In this document: positions 58,201 through 64,000 of the stretch, piece after piece | Position numbering within the stretch: position 1 is the stretch's first letter | Layout of the letters: each line of letters opens with the position of its first letter | Program-made: the position numbers and the translations under genes | Notes under the pieces: model-generated | Told to the model about the DNA's origin: nothing | The model's input: the letters and a program-made list of their open reading frames with translations, nothing else | Databases searched by the model: none | Assembly: GCF_964194025.1 (NCBI RefSeq) | Contig: NC_134479.1 | Span: 18,414,001 to 18,478,000 of the forward strand | Direction of reading: 5' to 3' | Source: Convolutriloba macropyga | Lineage: Eukaryota | Length of the DNA: 64,000 nt

Positions 58201-61200
58201 AAAAATGTAACTTAATACAAAAAACGTGATCAAAAGGTAAAGCGAATTTTAAAAAAGGCCTCAATAATAGCCCTTGAGAGGCTGTCGGCGGCTATTGATC
58301 ATCAAAGGAACTAATTAAATCTGCTAGAGAGAAAGAGAGAAATGACTTAGGATGAAACAAAATAAACCGACTAATTTCGGAAGAATTGCTCTCGAACGAC
58401 AGGCGAGGCAATTTAAATCAGGGGCTGTAACCTAGATAAATTTTTTTTATCGTACAGATATTGTTGACCGCGCTGTCATTCAAACTATGGCCCATCCTGA
58501 TTGACAGAATCCCTGTCCACTCGGCTATCAGGCACTACTTTTTGCTATGCTGCAATCGATTTCATTTTACAACCAGCTTTACTTCAGAGTGAGAGCAATA
58601 GAGATCACTCAAAAATGAAGAACATAAGCATGGAAAAGTCACTTTAGAAGTCAGTGAATGTTCTCGAAGCTCAAAACGGTCAAACTTTTACAAAAACCAG
58701 CAGGCCCGCAAAAGCCTGACAAAATCATATCCGAATACGTCTAAATGAATTTCGGATTTCTGTTTCGTACCAGCTCGGTTTGTAACCCCTGCCCCTCGTT
58801 TAATAGCCACAGGTCTTACCGTTTACGCTACCGACGCGTATGTTTTACGTCCTGTGCCCTATTTAGCAGCAACTTTTTTAAGCCACACTTTTGGCTTTCC
58901 GTGTTTAAGGAGCACTACGTTTAATTACGTTGAATTAGCAGAAAACGAGCTTCTACGGGGTGTTATTGAGCGTCTCAAAACGCATGTAATACACTAGGCT
59001 GCATGTTTAAGGAGCTTTAAAACGTGAGGATTGGAGCTTAAACATGGTGGTACAGCATTCGAGTTAGAAATAATACATAGATTGCTACGAACTTCGTTCG
59101 AGAGCAATAAAAACAGTGAGTGAATTAAGTCCGAAGTCAAGCATGAAAAATGTAACTTAATACAAAAAACGTGATCAAAAGGTAAAGCGAATTTTAAAAA
59201 AGCAGGACAAGTCCTGACGTAATTCAAAGAATTTTCATTGACTAAACAAAAAACTAGACCTGGAATGAACTATGAATAGATTGGGACAACCATTTGGAAA
59301 AAAATCCGATCCAAAAACCGAAGAAACGGTAAAAATCGAAGTGAAATTGCCGCATACGAACAAAAAACCACCAGCGAGAAATCGAATTTTCTGTTCAAAC
59401 ACCGTTTTCTCACTTTAAATTTCACGCCGCAAAACCACTAGATAAATTTTTTTTATCGTACAGATATTGTTGACCGCGCTGTCATTCAAACTATGGCCCA
59501 TCCTGATTGACAGAATCCCTGTCCACTCGGCTATCAGGCACTACTTTTTGCTATGCTGCAATCGATTTCATTTTACAACCAGCTTTACTTCAGAGTGAGA
59601 GCAATAGAGATCACTCAAAAATGAAGAACATAAGCATGGAAAAGTCACTTTAGAAGTCAGTGAATGTTCAAGAAGCTCAAAACGGTCAAACGATTACAAT
59701 AAGCAGCAGGCCCCCAAAAACGTGACAAAATCATATCGGAACAGGTTTAAATGAGTTTAGGATCTCTGTTTCGTACCAGCTCGGTTTTCAAAACGTGCCC
59801 CTCGTTTAATAGCCACAGCTCTTACCGTTTACGCTGCCGACGCGTATGTTTTGCGTCCTGTGCTCTATTTAGCAGCAACTTTTTTTAAGTGACACTTTTG
59901 GCTTTCCGTGTTTAAGGAGCACTACGTTCAATTACGTTGAATTAGCAGAAAACGCGCCTCAAAGAGGTGTTATAGAGCGTCTCAAAACGCATGTAATACA
60001 CTAGGCTGCATGTTTAAGGAGCTTTAAAACGTGAGGCTTGGAGCTTAAACATGGTGGTTCAGCATTCGAGTTAGAAATAATACATAGATTGCTACGAACT
60101 TCGTTCGAGAGCAATTAAAAATACCACCTCGCTAACTCGATAGCCGGCAAATTGCTGGAAAACAGCCGCCGTTGACGCATTTGACGAACATTGGGATTGA
60201 AACAGAAAGAGGAAGAAAATTGTGAGACAGAAATTGACAAAACTTTTCTAAGTGCTAAAGTGTTCTTATTTGGTGTGTAAATTCTTCATATTCGGTTAGA
60301 TTCTGAAAGTACACTTAATTCAGCTTCTAAACTGAAGGCTCTTAAGCAAAAGAATAGTGCAACCTAGCAATCGCTTCATTGAATTTGATAGCCTAATGTA
60401 CTATGACTTATTGACAGGGCTTATTATTTTTATCCCGCTTCTTTAGATTTTGCTCTTGACCTTGATCATATTCACTACATTATGAAATACGTGAAAAATT
60501 TAAAATCCATTCAGTTGAAACAGGGAGTGAAGTACGTCAGGAGTCAAGCGTGAAAACTGTGACTAATGTAAAACGAAAAACTTGATCAAAAGGTAACGCG
60601 AATAAAAAAAACATAGCAGGACAAGTCCTGACGTAATTCAAAGAATTTTCATTGACTAAACAAAAAACTAGACCTGGAATGAACTATGAATAGATTGGGA
60701 CAACCATTTGGAAAAAAATCCGATCCAAAAACCGAAGAAACGGTAAAAATCGAAGTGAAATTGCCGCATACGAACAAAAAACCACCAGCGAGAAATCGAA
60801 TTTTCGGTTCAAACACCGTTTTCTCACTTTAAATTTCACGCCGCAAAACCACTAGCCTTTTCCTGTTTCGGCGTGACCAAAATCACCACTCCAATTTGAC
60901 TTCAATAATTATGAAAATGTGTGAACAAAGCTTAAAACATAGCCGGCAGATTGCCGGAATAGCTGCGAAAGAATAGACCTGCCTGCTATATAATAGAGAT
61001 AAACAGATACAGATCTAAACAAAAAAAAATAATTGACCCCGCTGAAAAAACTAGGCTAAAAAACACGCAGCGATAAATTAATAAAGCTTGTTAAAATTCA
61101 TTCTACAGAAGCCTCCTATTAGGTAACTTTACTGCACATATGAGTTCCTTTGACTTTAAACAAATTCAAATTAAACTTAAGTTTTAAAGTGCAAAAGTCA

Positions 61201-64000
61201 TTTTATTGAGTGAGGTAAGTCACGTATGATCAAAATCTAATCACGCAAATAACCTAAAAACTTTTGCTAAAGCGAGTGAGAAATGACGTCACGCGCGCAA
61301 ATGCCGTTATTGAGAGGAAGAAGTCATTCAGAAAATTTGACTTCTTCAGCTTTGCTGTGTGAACAAATGTAAAACGAAAAAAGAGCGTCAGACGACGAAA
61401 CAAAAAAACATAGCAGGACAAGTCCTGACGTACAATTCAAAGAATTTTCAATGACTAAACAGAAAACCTAGATCTAGAATGGACTATGAGTGAAATGAAA
61501 AAACCATTTTAAAAAAATCAAAAGAATAAGAAAAAAACTGAAAATCAATGTCAAAACGCTGCATGTGAACAAAAAAAACACTAGCGAGAAATGAAAATTT
61601 AATTCAAACAAAAAACTAGGCCTAGAAAGAGCTGTGAATGGATTGGGAAAACCATTTACAAAAACATCCTATCCAAAAAATCGAAAAAACAGTAAAAATC
61701 AGAGTGAAATTGCCGCATGTGAACAAAAAACCACTACCGAGAAACCGATTTCTCACTCGACTTTAAAATTAGAGCGAAAAATTCACGCCGCAAAACCACT
61801 CCCTTTTTCGCTCCATTTCCTGTTTCGGCGTGACCAAAATCACTACTCTAATTTGACTTCAAAAATCATGAAAATGTGTGAACAGATGTTAAAAAAACAT
61901 AGCAGGACAAGTCCTGACGTACAATTCAAAGAATTTTCATTGACTAAACAGAAAACGAGACCTAGAACGGACTATGAATGGATTGGGAAAACCATTTAGA
62001 AAAAAATCCGATCCAAAAAATCGAAAAAACAGTAAAAAAAAATCAAAGTGAAATTGCCGCATGTGAACAAAAAACCACTTGCGAGAAGGCGAATTTTTGT
62101 TCAAACACCGTTTTCTCACTACTTTAAATTTAGAGCAAAAAAATTTCACGCCGCAAAACCACTCGCTTTTTCGCTCCACTTCCTGTTTCGGCGTGACCAA
62201 AATCACTACTCCAATTTGACTTCAGAAATCATGAAAATGTGTGAACAGATCTTAAAAAAAAAGACAGGGCCCCAATACAATTCAAATTCTTTGAATTGTA
62301 AAAAAGACAGCGCCCCAATACAATTCAAATTCTTTGAATTGTAAAAAACCATTGGCACCGCAATATAGCTACGCTCAGCTTACAGCTTCGCAGCTATAAA
62401 AAGACAGCGCTCCAATACAATTCAAATTCTTTGAATTGTAAAAAGGAGAGCACCTATGTAATAGCCATGGAGAGGCTAACGGCGGCTATTAAAAAGTCAC
62501 TCATTATGTTCCAAAAAAGTACATCAATTAGCCTATAATTAACTTCTAGAATTTCAGTAATACTTACTTAAGAAAGGATTTAGAAATCACATTTTGATCA
62601 TTTGTTTAATTGACGCGCTGTAACGAGTAATCTTGGACAAAAGCGACAAAATCGAGTAAAATTACTAGAGCAAATGACCCGTTTCCAACAATGCTTACTG
62701 GACAAATCGGTGACGGTTATCCATAGTAACTGGAATCATATCTCCATGAGTGACCAGAGGTACCACTTCCTTCTGACCTAAATATTCTTCAGTGACTGTG
62801 AAGTCCGCATCAATGTCATTCAGCTCATCTTCATCACATTCTAGAAGCATCTTCATCGAGTTGTAATACCTCGCATCCTAAAAAAATATTTCCGGCTAAA
62901 ATATACATATATCTTTGAATTATGAAACTCAGAATTACAAATTCTTCTAATTTCTCAGTTTCTAACCAACTCAAAAAATTGTGAACTATTAACAAAACTT
63001 CACCACAAGGCCATTTTCCTATATTATCAAAGTTAATTTACAGCCATGCGTTTAACATCAGAAAAATTCCAGTGCTGAAAATTCCAGTGCTGAAAATGCC
63101 CCCCCCCCCCCCCCGCAAACTTTTCACCCCAAAAGCTTTTCACCAAACCCTCAGAACGTCAAATTGCGAGTGATAATTCCTGAACACTCTATCCAACCGT
63201 AACGTATCCCTAATTTTGAAAGTTAATCACACCAATTATATTGGGAAATAAAATCGGGGTTAAATGACAGGGGGTGAAAAAAGCGCAACACCAATTTCAG
63301 AATCCTAGTTGTGCAAAAGGGTCTACATGCACGCTTTTAGGTTAACATAGTATCTCTTTAAAAGTTTGTTCATTTAAACGTTGCTCCAATTCGCTAAACA
63401 AAAACAAACTCACCACACTTTCCAAGTCCTCCAAAGTCACTTCTTTGCCCAGCAAAGCCTTGTAGAACGACTTCACAAAGTACCCTGAAAAAATGTCAGT
63501 GGTACTTTAACTGCGCAAAATTCAGATTAACTCTTTTCTCACGCCGCTGTTTCAAATGACTCCTTAGAACTTTGATACCTATTTTGAAACTGTTATTATT
63601 AATGTCATCGCACAAAATTTGCCAGATGTGGGATGGCAAATAATGAAAAGAATGTGCCTAGTGATTTTCGATTCTTAGTGATTCTTTAATTAGGTTACAT
63701 CAAAACTTATAGTATGATAAATTTAGGTTTTATCATACTTTTATTAGCCCAGGGGTCAGGGCGGTCACTCCGAGGTATCTCTCCGAGTTATGTTCACAAT
63801 AAAATCTCAAACCTACCATCAATTAATTTTCCATGATACACGGCCATGCCACAAACTCTGCCCACAAACGCAAAATACTTGAGATGTTGATCTCCACAAC
63901 ACAACTGGCTGTGAGGGTTAATCTGGAGAGAGTAGGAGTCGAAGGCCGAGTACTCGAAGAGTCCATAGTAGGGATCAAACATCTGACGAGAGATATCTTG
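46227..64000 (-). CDS. NEDD4: NEDD4-family HECT E3 ubiquitin ligase, 3' exons (>64000-63817, 63484-63414, 62877-62699, 52620-52436, 50134-49915, 46326-46227)
   Basis: [94 protein letters not shown] (catalytic Cys split by an intron) and a -4 Phe (EFAIL*). All phases are consistent. Confidence 0.93.
49161..49233 (-). repeat. tRNA(Asn)-like cassette within a repeat; homologues at ~56032-56104, 58777-58840 and 59772-59845
   Basis: Minus strand CGCATAGATAGCTTAAGTGG...GGCTGTTAAAC...GGGTTCGAGCTC...TGCG. Mismatched acceptor stem. Confidence 0.5.
50949..51250. repeat. ~157-bp tandem duplication in a NEDD4 intron
   Basis: AAGTTATGACGAAGT...AAAAGAAATAAAAAATCTCT occurs twice in succession. Confidence 0.85.
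55629..56375 (-). mobile_element. HINE-like family B carrying two tRNA-like cassettes. Related copies at ~56985-57726, 58364-59107, 59440-60115, 36312, 41670 and 53035-53472
   Basis: Left end is a hairpin CCGA..TCGG plus subTIR AATTGCTCTCGAACGA. Right end is the palindrome ATTGCTACGAACTTCGTTCGAGAGCAAT. Confidence 0.55.
56409..56917 (-). mobile_element. Helentron-associated (HINE/DINE-1-like) non-autonomous element, family A. Related copies at ~1481-1995, 4868-5380, 33660-34690, 42500-43000, 46485, 50215, 55064-55560, 57760-58297 and 60140-62490
   Basis: Family consensus: left end is a hairpin CCGGCA-GAT-TGCCGG plus subterminal AATAGCCGCCGT. Right end is the inverted ACGGCGGCTATT, preceded by a partial inverted copy. 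A-run flanks and no TSD seen. Confidence 0.6.
61897..62300 (-). mobile_element. HINE-like family C. Related copies at ~34098-34640, 59202, 60611-60930 and 61408-61890
   Basis: Left end is a hairpin CAGGAC-AA-GTCCTG plus subTIR TACAATTCAAAGAAT. Right end is TACAATTCAAATTCTTTGAATTGTA, repeated again at ~62318 and ~62415. Confidence 0.55.

Noticed and set aside
36409-59845. Functional tRNA genes
   Set aside because: Box A/B are present, but acceptor and anticodon stems pair poorly and all copies are embedded in interspersed repeats.
62270-62445. CRISPR-like array of ~28-bp palindromic repeats (CAATACAATTCAAATTCTTTGAATTGTA)
   Set aside because: Only three copies with irregular, related spacers. 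They are reiterated termini of HINE-like family C in a eukaryotic intron, and there are no cas genes.

Overview
AT-rich eukaryotic (probably invertebrate animal) genomic DNA with three spliced host genes, all on the minus strand: a WDR20/DMWD-family WD40 gene (ATG at 30181, running off the left edge), a complete 3-exon mitochondrial MnSOD (SOD2, 39557-34871), and the HECT-domain 3' half of a NEDD4-family E3 ligase (>64000-46227). The main feature is a 15.0-kb Ty3/gypsy-type LTR retroelement (7267-22271, minus strand; 5-bp TSD TCATT, tRNA-Leu-like PBS) inside a WDR20 intron. It has decayed gag and pol joined by a -1 slippery site, an intact 805-aa class I fusion env, and unusual accessory cargo. 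The cargo is (i) an antisense KDM2/KDM7-like JmjC demethylase gene whose H-x-E...H triad is split between two ORF-track entries by one stop and one frameshift, (ii) a TARG1/OARD1-like macrodomain (ADP-ribosyl hydrolase) fused to the C-terminus of Pol, and (iii) several small leader or intergenic ORFs, two of them with transmembrane segments. Together these suggest a complex, retrovirus-like element carrying enzymes that could counter host silencing. A 3.4-kb tandem duplication copied the 3' LTR and two WDR20 exons, and one copied exon now carries a stop. Introns and intergenic DNA are packed with co-oriented, nested Helentron/HINE-like elements (some carrying tRNA-like cassettes), a MITE and a 5'-inverted LINE fragment. 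All protein assignments come from manual motif recognition; no database search was run.
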